Part shown: positions 22,959 to 33,084 of the stretch, in pieces
Layout: each line of letters starts with the position of its first letter
How positions within the stretch are numbered: the first letter of the stretch is position 1
IMG/VR virus record: IMGVR_UViG_3300025407_001324
Reading direction: 5' to 3' (one strand)
Source: an uncultured virus (IMG/VR IMGVR_UViG_3300025407_001324)
Lineage: Duplodnaviria > Heunggongvirae > Uroviricota > Caudoviricetes
Length of the DNA: 64,000 bases
Notes under the pieces: model-generated
Told to the model about the DNA's origin: nothing
The model's input: the letters and a program-made list of their open reading frames with translations, nothing else
Databases searched by the model: none
Translations under genes and position numbers: made by a program

Positions 22959-23974
22959 AGCATTGCTCCGAAAAATTCTTTTAAGCTGATGTTGTAAGCA
23001 GCATCAATTTTAACAATATTCTTTTTTAATTCGTTTGAATCAATATCCACTACAATTTTATAACTTGCAGGACTAAACTGTTTTGGATCGTAGCCAATAA
23101 CACTACCACCCAGACTACTGCCCAACACCAATAACAAATCAGCATTGGTTAGTGCAAAGTTACCGGCACGACTGCCTTTGATGCCCACTGCACCAATACT
23201 TAAAGAGTGCGAGTCTGTAATATAGTCTCTCGCTCCATATGTACTAACAAAAGGCATTTGATACTGTTCGATAAATTCAACAAATTCATCTACGCAATTG
23301 GCTTGTCTGATGCCGTAGCCTGCCAATACAATAGGCCGTTGACTATTTGCTATGGCAGTTTTAATTGCAGAATAATCTACCGCATTTTTTGCCACTGTGG
23401 GCAATGTCGGTGGAGTGTATTCTCTGTAGCGTGCGGGCATTTCTGCAGTTTGTATGTCTCCGGGAATATCAACCCAAACTGGACCTGGTCTTCCGGCCTG
23501 TGCAATATACACCGCATACTGCATAACATACGCAACATCTTTTACATCAGTGACAAAGTAACTGAATTTGGTCATTGACTTGTAGGTATCAACCACGTGG
23601 TGTTCTTGAATACCGTACTTGCGAATGTTAATACCTTGTGTTTGATTGATATAACCACTACAGGTGTTTAGTCTGACATTACCGCTGAGAAACAACACAG
23701 GTGTACTGTCTTGCCAAGCATCTAGTACACTGGTAGCACAGTTGGTGCCAGCACAACCAGTTGTGGGATTGACTACTGACAAACGGCCCGTGTATTTTGC
23801 TTCTCCAATGGCAGCATGACCTGCACCCTGTTCGTGGTGATAACAAATATAACCAATTTGTCCTTGTTTGATAAAGCCATCGTTTAGACCGCTTGCACCA
23901 CCGCCCATAAGGCCGTGTACACGTTCTACTCCTTGACTATAAAGATATTCCGCAATCCAATCGCATACTCTCAT
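22955..23974 (-). CDS. ThDP-dependent enzyme (ALS/YerE-like), N-terminal and central domains
   Basis: HHEQGAGHAA, GRPGPVWVDIP, GIQE. Confidence 0.9.
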   Translation of the reverse strand: MRVCDWIAEYLYSQGVERVHGLMGGGASGLNDGFIKQGQIGYICYHHEQGAGHAAIGEAKYTGRLSVVNPTTGCAGTNCATSVLDAWQDSTPVLFLSGNVRLNTCSGYINQTQGINIRKYGIQEHHVVDTYKSMTKFSYFVTDVKDVAYVMQYAVYIAQAGRPGPVWVDIPGDIQTAEMPARYREYTPPTLPTVAKNAVDYSAIKTAIANSQRPIVLAGYGIRQANCVDEFVEFIEQYQMPFVSTYGARDYITDSHSLSIGAVGIKGSRAGNFALTNADLLLVLGSSLGGSVIGYDPKQFSPASYKIVVDIDSNELKKNIVKIDAAYNISLKEFFGAML

Positions 23975-25140
23975 AATTTTTCTGCCCATTGTTTAATTCT
24001 TGCAATTGCCGACATTATGCTATTTCTGTCTGTAGCATAGCATAGTCTAATGTGTCCGGCTCCGTGTTCTCCAAAACAACTGCCTGGAACAGTAACTACC
24101 CCAGCTTGATCCATTAGTTGTTCGCATACTTCAACATCAGTAAGTCCAGTGCCTGTAATATTGGGAAACACATAAAATGCTCCGCCAGGCTTTTGGCAAG
24201 AGAATCCAGGCACATTGTTTAGGCCCTCTACCAATAGATCCCTGCGTTGCTCATAGGTTTTCATCATTGAATATACTGCATCCTGTGGACCACGTATGGC
24301 TTCGGTACCTGCACTTTGAATAAAACTACTAACGCAACTACTGGTGGTTTGTAACAACTGACTCATACGTTCCATAACTTCAGGGGGACCGATTAGTGCA
24401 CCTAATCGCCATCCAGTCATAGCAAAGGCCTTGCTGAATCCATTACTTAATATAACGTGTGTGCGACATTGATCATACTGTGCAGGACTGCTAAAGTCAT
24501 AGTCATCGTAAATCATACGACTGTAAATTTCATCACTGTATAAGTAGATATCTTTTTCTACACAAAGATCGTAGATGTCTTTCAACTCCTGCCGAGTCAT
24601 TACTGCACCAGTGGGATTGTTGGGACTGTTTAGAATCAGTAAACGTGTTTTGTCAGTGATACGTGCACGTACATCTGTGGCCTGCATTCTAAATCCGTTT
24701 TCCTCTAATAAAGGAACACGAACTGCGTTTACTCCGCACATTTTAATTGAACTGTAGTAGGTAGCAAAGCCAGGATCTGGTACCAATACTTCCTCTCCGG
24801 GATCGCAAAGTGTAAACACCGCATAGTAAATGCCAATGTTAGCACCGGGTACTACCAATACTTGATTCAAGTCTGGCATAAACTTTCTACTTTTGTAAGT
24901 AGCAGTTCTAATGGTTTCTCTAAACTCCAAGTCGCCCCAACTGCTGGTATAGTGTGTACGTCCTTCAGCTAACGCTCGAACAGCCGCCATAGTGATGTTT
25001 GGTGGTGTGCAGAAATCTGGATCACCAATCTCCATATGTATCATTGAACGACCTTCAGCTTCTAGCTTACGGGCACGATCTAAATATTTGAACATTGGTT
25101 GTCCATCAATGTTCATTGCGGCAGTACTTAATTTTTTCAT
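23971..25140 (-). CDS. PLP-dependent aminotransferase class I/II
   Basis: NSPNNPTG, SDEIY, GFSKAFAMTGWRLG. Confidence 0.9.
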   Translation of the reverse strand: MKKLSTAAMNIDGQPMFKYLDRARKLEAEGRSMIHMEIGDPDFCTPPNITMAAVRALAEGRTHYTSSWGDLEFRETIRTATYKSRKFMPDLNQVLVVPGANIGIYYAVFTLCDPGEEVLVPDPGFATYYSSIKMCGVNAVRVPLLEENGFRMQATDVRARITDKTRLLILNSPNNPTGAVMTRQELKDIYDLCVEKDIYLYSDEIYSRMIYDDYDFSSPAQYDQCRTHVILSNGFSKAFAMTGWRLGALIGPPEVMERMSQLLQTTSSCVSSFIQSAGTEAIRGPQDAVYSMMKTYEQRRDLLVEGLNNVPGFSCQKPGGAFYVFPNITGTGLTDVEVCEQLMDQAGVVTVPGSCFGEHGAGHIRLCYATDRNSIMSAIARIKQWAEKL

Positions 25141-26456
25141 GTGAATAGACTCATAAAACCATCTACTTTTTCTCCAATGTAAGCAATTTGTTCGGGTGTA
25201 ATCACCGGACTTGTACCGTGGAAATAAGTATTTGTCATAGCGTGGGTAGCATTGGGGAAGTTGTTCTTGGCCAACTGTGGATCCATCAAGTGACTGTATG
25301 CGGGTTGTAGCATAATATTGCCAGCAAAGTATGGACGAGTTTGAATTAGATTCTCTTCGAGATAGTCCACAATGTCACTGCGTTTGAAGTGTTCGCTTGA
25401 CCTAATGGTAATAGGGAAAGCAAACCAGCTGGGATCACTCTTGGCCTGGGGCTTGGGAACAATAAAGAATTCTTCGTACTTGCTGTAGATATCATACAGC
25501 AATTGATAGTTACGACGGCGCAGTGCGTGAATCTCTGGCAGTTTATCCAACTGTTTTAGACCCATAGCACATTGTAGTTCGATTGGTTTTAGGTTATAGC
25601 CGATCTCATCGTAAACATACTTGTGGTCGAATATTTCATCAGGTAGTGTTTCAATCCAATTGTTAAAACGCTTGCCGCAAGTACCGCATTTGAGTTTGTT
25701 GGCATCTGGTCCAACACAGTAACAACCTCTGCCCCATTCACGGAAACTGCGAAGTATTACATCTGTATTGGCATCATCTGTAGCAACATATCCGCCTTCG
25801 CCCATGGTCATATGGTGTGCAGGATAAAAACTGCAACTGGCCATTAGACCAAAACTACCCAAGGGCTTGCCATCATAAGTACTGCCCAATGCATCACAAC
25901 AATCTTCTAGTAGTATAAGATTATACTTGTCGACCAACTGCATCAATCGATCCATATTGGGAGGATTACCCAACACGTGGGCAAAAGTAATAACACGAAT
26001 TTCTGGATCTGCAGCCAATGCTTGTTCAACTGCATCAAGATCGAGATTCAGAGAATCCAATTCAATATCCACAAACACTGGAGTAAATCCCACTTGTAGT
26101 GTAGGGTTTAGTGTAGTGGGAAATCCTGCAATAGGCATCAGCACTTTTGTGCCTTTGGGCAGGTTATGTCCTCGCTTGCTGGTTAGTGCACTCATCATTA
26201 ACAAGTTACTGCTACTACCACTGTTGGTAACAATGCCCAACTGTTTACCAAACTGCTTGGGGAATCTACGCTCGAATTTTAATCCAGCATCTCCCATGGC
26301 CAGCCAGCCACCTAATAGACTTTCTACACCTGCGGCATATTCTTCCGCATCATAGTAAGCACCTGCATAGTTGACAAAATCCTTACCAGCAGTCCAAGTT
26401 TTCTTTGCAGATTTTTGTTCTGCATATTCACGCACGAGTTTTAATATTTCTTCCAT
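25137..26456 (-). CDS. rfbH: RfbH/DdhC-like NDP-4-keto-6-deoxyglucose 3-dehydrase
   Basis: NSGSSSNL, EDCCDALG, SFYPAHHMTMGEGG (His in place of Lys), WGRGCYC...C..R iron-sulfur motif, HKYVY. Confidence 0.9.
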   Translation of the reverse strand: MEEILKLVREYAEQKSAKKTWTAGKDFVNYAGAYYDAEEYAAGVESLLGGWLAMGDAGLKFERRFPKQFGKQLGIVTNSGSSSNLLMMSALTSKRGHNLPKGTKVLMPIAGFPTTLNPTLQVGFTPVFVDIELDSLNLDLDAVEQALAADPEIRVITFAHVLGNPPNMDRLMQLVDKYNLILLEDCCDALGSTYDGKPLGSFGLMASCSFYPAHHMTMGEGGYVATDDANTDVILRSFREWGRGCYCVGPDANKLKCGTCGKRFNNWIETLPDEIFDHKYVYDEIGYNLKPIELQCAMGLKQLDKLPEIHALRRRNYQLLYDIYSKYEEFFIVPKPQAKSDPSWFAFPITIRSSEHFKRSDIVDYLEENLIQTRPYFAGNIMLQPAYSHLMDPQLAKNNFPNATHAMTNTYFHGTSPVITPEQIAYIGEKVDGFMSLFT

Positions 26457-26459
26457 TGA

Positions 26460-27404
26460 TCACCAAATAAAGTTGTTCTTGTAGTATTGTACTATCTTCT
26501 TCAGCTCTTTGTCAAACTTTGCTTGTGGTTGCCAGCCCAAAGTTTTGAGTTTAGTATCATCGATACTGTATCTTTGATCCTGTCCCACACGCACCATATC
26601 AAAAAGATATTTGGCATAGTCCTTGTCACCGTTAAAGTATTCGATAATCTTTTGAACTACCACAATGTTTTGCAATTCAGCGTTGCCACTGATGTTGTAG
26701 ATTTCGTTTTGAACCCCACTGTTGATAATGGTTAATACTGCACGAGCAGTATCTTCTGCGTGCAACCAAGTGCGAACAGGAAGGCCACGATCGTGTAGAT
26801 CAATTTGTTTGCCAATGGTCAAATGTTTACAACTTTTGGGAATAAGTTTTTCCACATACTGGCCAATGCCATAGTTGTTGGTAGGACGAACAATAACGTA
26901 TGGTAAGTTAAAAGTTCTTGCCCAAGCCAAAATCAACATATCTGCGGCTGCTTTAGTAGCACTATAGGGATTACTGGGTTTTAACAAATCTGTTTCCACG
27001 TGACTGCCTTCAAGGATATCACCGTAGACTTCGTCTGTACTAAAATGCAGTAGTGTGGGCATTTTGTATTTGGCTTTTTCGGTAATCAGCTTCAACAAGT
27101 GATGCACTCCGTTTACATTGCTTTTTAAGAACACATCACTGCTCATAATACTGTTATCCACGTGTGTTTCTGCGGCAGTATTAATGATATAATCACACTC
27201 ATACAGTCTATCCAAATCGTTAATGTCTTTTTGTATAAACTGGAAATTGGGATTTGCCAAGAACTCATCTAGGAATTTTGTATTACTGGCGTAGGTAATT
27301 TTATCCACACCAGTTACATACCATCCTTGTTCAAGGCAAGCCCGGGTCACGTGGATTCCAATAAATCCCAAGCAACCTGTTACATAAACAACTTTTTTAC
27401 TCAT
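26460..27404 (-). CDS. rfbB: dTDP/NDP-glucose 4,6-dehydratase
   Basis: GCLGFIG, AAETHVD, STDEVYG, YSATK. Confidence 0.9.
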   Translation of the reverse strand: MSKKVVYVTGCLGFIGIHVTRACLEQGWYVTGVDKITYASNTKFLDEFLANPNFQFIQKDINDLDRLYECDYIINTAAETHVDNSIMSSDVFLKSNVNGVHHLLKLITEKAKYKMPTLLHFSTDEVYGDILEGSHVETDLLKPSNPYSATKAAADMLILAWARTFNLPYVIVRPTNNYGIGQYVEKLIPKSCKHLTIGKQIDLHDRGLPVRTWLHAEDTARAVLTIINSGVQNEIYNISGNAELQNIVVVQKIIEYFNGDKDYAKYLFDMVRVGQDQRYSIDDTKLKTLGWQPQAKFDKELKKIVQYYKNNFIW

Positions 27405-28191
27405 ATTTTTTAATTCCTTTTATTAATCCTTCTAGTAGGATATCCAAATCTGCCAACACTTGACCATTGCCTGTGTAGTTTTTATTATCAGTGCCAATTA
27501 CATTAATCTCAGCGTTGGTTATGTGATATCTTGCAAACAGTTTTAGTTGTTCGCTTAACAGTAATTTGTCTTCGTATACACAATTGATATCTTTGGGCAA
27601 CACAATATCCTGCAGATAGTAATCAACTACTCGTGCAAAATCGCTGGCACTGATATAGTCAAAGTACCTATCAGTTACAGCAATTGCTTGTTGTAGCTTA
27701 AACTTTTTGAATAGTCTAAATGGGGGATCTGTGCGGTCAAAGCAACCAAATAATCTAAGATTATAAAAATTGTCTCTGTTGAGAACCATACGGGAAATGG
27801 TGTTTTTGGTAAAGCCGTATGACTCCAGTGGATGGGAAAGCAGTATCGCAGATTCTGGTTTTTTGTCAATATCTGTACGACGATCAAACTCAGCACCACT
27901 ACTAATATTTATGTACTTAAAACCACCGGTATTGTTGTAAAAGTTAAGAAATATCTGTAGATCACGCTGGACATCCGAATAACTAATATCTTCTATTCCC
28001 TGACCACCGCCACTGATAGCACAATTAATAACTGCATCAGGTTGTACGGTCATTAGCCATTGGCTAACACTAATGTAGTCAGTGAGATCGAGTATATTTC
28101 TTGTGACTTCTATGACTATGTGCTTTTTATTCAGCCAACGACAGAGAAAAGATCCTAAGAATCCTCTTGCACCTAAAACTGCTATTTTCAT
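27397..28191 (-). CDS. NAD-dependent epimerase/reductase
   Basis: GARGFLG, SSGAEF, YGFTK. Confidence 0.85.
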   Translation of the reverse strand: MKIAVLGARGFLGSFLCRWLNKKHIVIEVTRNILDLTDYISVSQWLMTVQPDAVINCAISGGGQGIEDISYSDVQRDLQIFLNFYNNTGGFKYINISSGAEFDRRTDIDKKPESAILLSHPLESYGFTKNTISRMVLNRDNFYNLRLFGCFDRTDPPFRLFKKFKLQQAIAVTDRYFDYISASDFARVVDYYLQDIVLPKDINCVYEDKLLLSEQLKLFARYHITNAEINVIGTDNKNYTGNGQVLADLDILLEGLIKGIKKYE

Positions 28192-28961
28192 TTTAGTTCA
28201 GTGGCAGGTTCGATTCCCAACGCTTCGTTAACCTGTTGCATACAAGCTAGCTTGGTGGGTGCGTGGCGACTGCTGTGCCAATGGATCACTTGTGCATCTT
28301 CGTATTTGCAACCGTTCCACTCGTCTTGAGTAGCTATGCTGGCCCAATTGGGAATCCACTGTGCTTGATAAAACAAGTCAGGACGATGTGCATCTTCCCA
28401 CTCTAATCCCTGACTCCAGAACATGGTATTATGGATGATCTGTTGATTGTTATAGCTGCCCATTCCGTCAGTTGTGTCCCAAGCTGCACGCATTTCACGT
28501 TCAATTTCCCACAACTTAGGATCCATATTGCTGGGATAATACTGTAGATCATTGTTAAACAAGTTATCGAATCGAGCATTATATTGGTTAGGTTCGTACC
28601 AGACTTTGGGATCAGTCCAGTTAAACAGTCTGAATTCATTGAACTCGCCAAACAGTTTTGTAGGCTTAACAAACTGCACGTCAGGTCCGACCCATAGAAT
28701 GTTGCAGGGTTCACGGTGCCAAAGGTCGTGCACACGATCATTATTCAATGGCATTGCGTCATTGATGTGTTCAATTTCTTCATCAAGTACAACATATTCC
28801 CAATCACCTTCGAGAAAATGTCTTGCACTGGCCAAACTGTTCAAACACATCTGTCGATACAGTTCGTAGATATCGCCCTCGTCTTTAGTATCTTTCCAAA
28901 TCCATTTGGTACTTTTTATTCGGCGGTGAGCACACACCACATAGTTTTTTACAGAATTCAT
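28188..28961 (-). CDS. Putative nucleotide-diphospho-sugar transferase
   Basis: NILWVGPDV (degenerate DxD), IHWHSSR; located in the sugar operon. Confidence 0.5.
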   Translation of the reverse strand: MNSVKNYVVCAHRRIKSTKWIWKDTKDEGDIYELYRQMCLNSLASARHFLEGDWEYVVLDEEIEHINDAMPLNNDRVHDLWHREPCNILWVGPDVQFVKPTKLFGEFNEFRLFNWTDPKVWYEPNQYNARFDNLFNNDLQYYPSNMDPKLWEIEREMRAAWDTTDGMGSYNNQQIIHNTMFWSQGLEWEDAHRPDLFYQAQWIPNWASIATQDEWNGCKYEDAQVIHWHSSRHAPTKLACMQQVNEALGIEPATELK

Positions 28962-28984
28962 TGATTGTTAAGTTATAGTTGATA

Positions 28985-29422
28985 CTATATATATTCGTAA
29001 TTAACAGTATCAGTGTTAATCCTGAATACATTAGCACCGTTCTTCAAATGGAAGCGTTTTGCTAATTCCGTTTGAGGACTAAGTGTAACAAATCTTTTAA
29101 CAGTGGGCAACTCTTTTTTTACCAATTGAAGTCCTTCGCGTATCAGCTGTTGGCCGGCTCCAGGTCGATAACTCCATATGGTATAGAATACCACTGTGTC
29201 AGGGTCAGTGCTATTATCGGCTAGTAGCTCTTGTTCGGTACTGGGAATACCTGTGCAAAATCTAGCACAAATAACAGCCTTAACTGTGTTGACTTCGTCG
29301 GTCAAGGCAAATACTTGTCTATTGGCTCCGAAGCGTTGGTCATGGGGGATGTGTGGGCGCACAGGATCGTCTTTGAGATATGTGGCCAGAGGGTCAGAAA
29401 TATTTTTGATGGTGTAAATCAT
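28985..29422 (-). CDS. Small GNAT-fold protein resembling the malonyl-CoA decarboxylase core
   Basis: FYTIWS...GAGQQLI...RFVTLSP...RFHLKNGA. Confidence 0.45.
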   Translation of the reverse strand: MIYTIKNISDPLATYLKDDPVRPHIPHDQRFGANRQVFALTDEVNTVKAVICARFCTGIPSTEQELLADNSTDPDTVVFYTIWSYRPGAGQQLIREGLQLVKKELPTVKRFVTLSPQTELAKRFHLKNGANVFRINTDTVNYEYI

Positions 29423-29481
29423 GGCAGTAACAGGTTAGTAGCACCCGTATTTATACCATGATTACAAATTCGTCTAATTGA

Positions 29482-30453
29482 TTAGATAGCGGTCCACAAG
29501 TTAGTGTCAACACTTTTTAGACCAGGATAACGATCTGGTTGTAGTGGATGATCTAAATTGTAGGGATTGGCTCTCTTGAATGTACTGCCCTTGATACGAT
29601 CCAAGATACGATTTACTTTGACCACGTGCTCGTCATCTGGCAGATTCAAGTAGTTGATCATTTCCAAACGTGTAGTCAAGTTAGGTGCTTGACACAGTTT
29701 CATTAGTACTAGATCAAATTCAAGATAACTGAATCCAAATTGATCTTCGTCGCCATCAGTAATACCAAGTCCGTCTGTGGGACGAGCAAATACTGTGCTG
29801 TCAGGTACACCGTAGATTTCTGCTAGCTTAGGAACTTCCCAACTTTTTAGCAGACTTTGAATAGGAGCAACATCACCTACATCGCCGTGTAGTGTCCAAA
29901 ATCCAGCAGCCAACTCGCTGAAGTTATCAGTACTGGCAACCAAACCTTTGTTAGCACTGGCTTCGTTGTAGACGGTCATCATACGCAATCTGACTCTTAG
30001 ATTGCCTCTGCGTAATGCTTGGTCAGCATTGTTAATAGCAGGGTCGTGCTCTGCGATACTTTTTAGTAGTGTATCATATGATTTGGTCAAATCCACGTGT
30101 TTGTGGCTAATGCCTAGTGCTTTACAAGCTTCAACCCCACGGTCAGTTTCTTCTTGTTTTTGGTGAATAGGCATAGTGATACCTATTACTCGCCATCCTG
30201 CGGCTTTGAATAACGCAGCAGTCAGTGCACTGTCTACACCACCACTCATACCGATAGCGGCAGTTTGAATGTTGTATTTTTTGGCATAGGCAATTAGTCC
30301 GCTAACCAATTTGCGGCCAGTATCTTCCAGCGTGTTTTGATCTACATAGACATTTTGTGCAATTAGATCGTCCAATTGGGCTTCGAACCAGCTGGATAGT
30401 GGTGCCATAGTTTCTTGGCGGCTATATTTGAGAATTTCTTGTTTGAGTGACAT
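29482..30453 (-). CDS. nadE: NH3-dependent NAD+ synthetase
   Basis: GMSGGVDSAL, GNLRVRLRM, STDNFSE, GFWTLHGD, PTDGL...DEDQ. Confidence 0.9.
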   Translation of the reverse strand: MSLKQEILKYSRQETMAPLSSWFEAQLDDLIAQNVYVDQNTLEDTGRKLVSGLIAYAKKYNIQTAAIGMSGGVDSALTAALFKAAGWRVIGITMPIHQKQEETDRGVEACKALGISHKHVDLTKSYDTLLKSIAEHDPAINNADQALRRGNLRVRLRMMTVYNEASANKGLVASTDNFSELAAGFWTLHGDVGDVAPIQSLLKSWEVPKLAEIYGVPDSTVFARPTDGLGITDGDEDQFGFSYLEFDLVLMKLCQAPNLTTRLEMINYLNLPDDEHVVKVNRILDRIKGSTFKRANPYNLDHPLQPDRYPGLKSVDTNLWTAI

Positions 30454-30492
30454 AATAGTTGAAGGGTTAAAATAATATTTAAGTTAGAGAAG

Positions 30493-32271
30493 TTACTTTG
30501 AAAAATTATCACTCAATGAGTGCAGGTCTTTGGCAACTCGCTCAATCACATCATCCCATACGCCAAATTCAGTTTGTCTATAAAGTGTTATACTGTCATA
30601 CCAAGGAGAGTCGGATCTTTCCAACATCCATCTCCAGCAACCATCAAATCTACTTAAAATCCATACTTTTTTGCCCATTGCAGCTGCCAAATGTGCTACG
30701 CTGGTGTCAACAGTAATAACTAGATCTAGGTTCATAATCAAGGCCGCAGTATCAGCATAAGACTTGAATTCATCTACAAAATTAATAGGTCTTGGACCTT
30801 TCCACTTTTTATCTTTAAGTGTTTTTGCTAATTCAGCTTCTGCAGCTTCACCTTTTTGTAAACTGTAAAACTCAACATTGTCGTCGGCAAAACTCTTGTA
30901 TCTGCCAAAAGAAATGTTACGTCTATTATTGGAAATTTGAAACTGTGGCTCAGCTCTGTATCCACCATTCCAGCATAGACCCACACGCAATTTATCAGTA
31001 GTGCCTAATTTCTTTTTCCAAGCATTTACTTTTTTAGTAGGGGCTTTCAAATACTTGTCAGGATAAGGAATATTATCTAAACTGGTTTTACAGGCCAAAG
31101 GCATACTCATGAGACTGCAATGATAATCAAATTGAATAACTGCAGACTGTTGGAATGGAATTACTTCTATTTTAGGAGATAGACTTTCCATCAATTCAAC
31201 TAAAGATTCGTCTACTTGTAGATACACCTTTTTTGCACCTAATACTTCAACTGCATATTTTGCATATCTACTAAAATGCAATCCGTCGCCGTGTCCTTGT
31301 TCTGAGTACAATAAAAGTATACGATCTTCTAATGGTTGTTCACCTGTCCACAAAGGTTGCTCGTATTCTGGTAAACTTCTATACATAGGACCTTCAGTCA
31401 CGTACCAACGAGCTTCGTATTCTGCCCAACCATTTTCAAAATCTCCAAGATTTAACAAACACATAGCTCTATGTGTTCTAACTTGATTGTCGGTTGGATT
31501 TGCTTCTAATACCTGATTGTAGGTTTCTATTGCTAAATCAAATTTATGTGCGTCTGAATATGCACCTGCTAAATTTGCACGGGCAGCATTATGCGATGGG
31601 TTAAGTTCCAATGCCGTCAGAAAATCTTTGATAGCATCTTCAGTTTTTCCCATTTCCATCAGGATAACTCCACGATTGTTATAACTATCGGGATATGTTT
31701 TATCTAACTTTACTGCAGCAGTAAAACTGGCCTGTGCTTCATTAATCTTGTCCATCTCTTTCAAGATTGCTCCGCGAGTATTGTGGATACTGGGATGGTT
31801 CAACATTTTTAATGCTTTTTCGGAAGCAGCCAATGCTTCGTCAAGTCTGCGTAAATCTAATAATATTAGACTACGATTCAATTGTGCTTCAGTAAATCTG
31901 GGGTTGAGCTTTAGTGCTCGATCGCAGTCTTCTAACGCAGCTGCCGGATCTCCGTTTAGTTTATAAATGCCTGCACGATTGTTGTACAAGAAAGCAACAT
32001 CGGGATTAACTGTTTCTGCTTTGGCTAACAATTCCAAACCCAACTCTACATTTCCAGCCTGAGCCTCCATTAGACCTAATAGGTGCAATGCATCAAAATA
32101 ATTCGGCTCAACTGCAAGTACTGCTTGATATTTTTCTCTGGCAGCATCGTATTGTTGGTTGTTGTGTAATTCCATTGCAGTTGCATTTAGTTCAACTAAA
32201 TTAACACCGGTTGGAATCAGCGTTTGTGTGTTTGTTTGTAATGGTTGTTTTGGGGGTGTTACGTATTTCAT
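30493..32271 (-). CDS. TPR-repeat glycosyltransferase (GT9-like C-terminus)
   Basis: Multiple TPRs, EQGHGD, LDLVITVDTSVAHLAAAMG. Confidence 0.9.
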   Translation of the reverse strand: MKYVTPPKQPLQTNTQTLIPTGVNLVELNATAMELHNNQQYDAAREKYQAVLAVEPNYFDALHLLGLMEAQAGNVELGLELLAKAETVNPDVAFLYNNRAGIYKLNGDPAAALEDCDRALKLNPRFTEAQLNRSLILLDLRRLDEALAASEKALKMLNHPSIHNTRGAILKEMDKINEAQASFTAAVKLDKTYPDSYNNRGVILMEMGKTEDAIKDFLTALELNPSHNAARANLAGAYSDAHKFDLAIETYNQVLEANPTDNQVRTHRAMCLLNLGDFENGWAEYEARWYVTEGPMYRSLPEYEQPLWTGEQPLEDRILLLYSEQGHGDGLHFSRYAKYAVEVLGAKKVYLQVDESLVELMESLSPKIEVIPFQQSAVIQFDYHCSLMSMPLACKTSLDNIPYPDKYLKAPTKKVNAWKKKLGTTDKLRVGLCWNGGYRAEPQFQISNNRRNISFGRYKSFADDNVEFYSLQKGEAAEAELAKTLKDKKWKGPRPINFVDEFKSYADTAALIMNLDLVITVDTSVAHLAAAMGKKVWILSRFDGCWRWMLERSDSPWYDSITLYRQTEFGVWDDVIERVAKDLHSLSDNFSK

Positions 32272-32293
32272 AGTTTATAGATTAGTGTAGTAT

Positions 32294-32878
32294 TTACATT
32301 ATAGGGCCGTTGCCATTCTTAAATCCGATAGTACCGCCTTCGTTTGTGATTCTTTTTAACACATCTTCAAACAAGATGGGCGCAAAGTCTGGAGTTTGTT
32401 CTACGCATACACAATGGTATCTAACATCAATTTCTGGCTTGGCTTTGGTGCCGGCGGAGGTCATTACACGGTTACTGTGCAAATGTCCGTGAATATTGGT
32501 TCCGAATCGGCCCAAACTATCTGGATGCACCGGAATGTGACTCAATATCAATCCATTCATCACGTGGTATGCACGTAACTCACGAAAATGCACACGATAG
32601 TCTTCGTCTTTGAAGATGTCGTGATTGCCTCGGATCAGGACTTTGTCTCCGTTCAAGCGATGCATAATGTTCAAGGCCTTACGATTGATAACAACATCTC
32701 CCAAATGGTAGACTTTGTCAGTGGTCTTTACCCGTTCATTCCAAGCCTTGACCATAGCTTCATCCATCTCCTCGGTGTTATCCCAAGGACGCAATTTTGT
32801 AATACCGTCATCTCGCATAAATCTACAGACTCCTGCGTGACCAAAGTGTGTGTCACTGACTAAAAATACGCCAGGCAT
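32294..32878 (-). CDS. Calcineurin-like metallophosphoesterase
   Basis: SDTHFGH, HLGD, RGNHD, HGHLH. Confidence 0.9.
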   Translation of the reverse strand: MPGVFLVSDTHFGHAGVCRFMRDDGITKLRPWDNTEEMDEAMVKAWNERVKTTDKVYHLGDVVINRKALNIMHRLNGDKVLIRGNHDIFKDEDYRVHFRELRAYHVMNGLILSHIPVHPDSLGRFGTNIHGHLHSNRVMTSAGTKAKPEIDVRYHCVCVEQTPDFAPILFEDVLKRITNEGGTIGFKNGNGPIM

Positions 32879-32898
32879 AGTTGCCTCCTTTGATTTTA

Positions 32899-33072
32899 CT
32901 AATAGGTTTCTTTTATTATGTTATATTCTTCAACGGGCCATTTAGCCTTAAACTCTTCTGTAGAAACAAATTCGTTGTATGCTTTAGCATCAAAGAATAC
33001 TTTGGTAAACTCTGTCTTTGTGGACCCTTTTTTGTTTACAGTTAAGTAAACTGATTTCGCTTTGCCTGCCAT
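32899..33072 (-). CDS. 57-aa hypothetical protein
   Basis: MAGKAKSVYLTV...EEYNIIKETY; AAGG RBS; fills the intergenic gap. Confidence 0.7.
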   Translation of the reverse strand: MAGKAKSVYLTVNKKGSTKTEFTKVFFDAKAYNEFVSTEEFKAKWPVEEYNIIKETY

Positions 33073-33084
33073 TATGTTACACCT

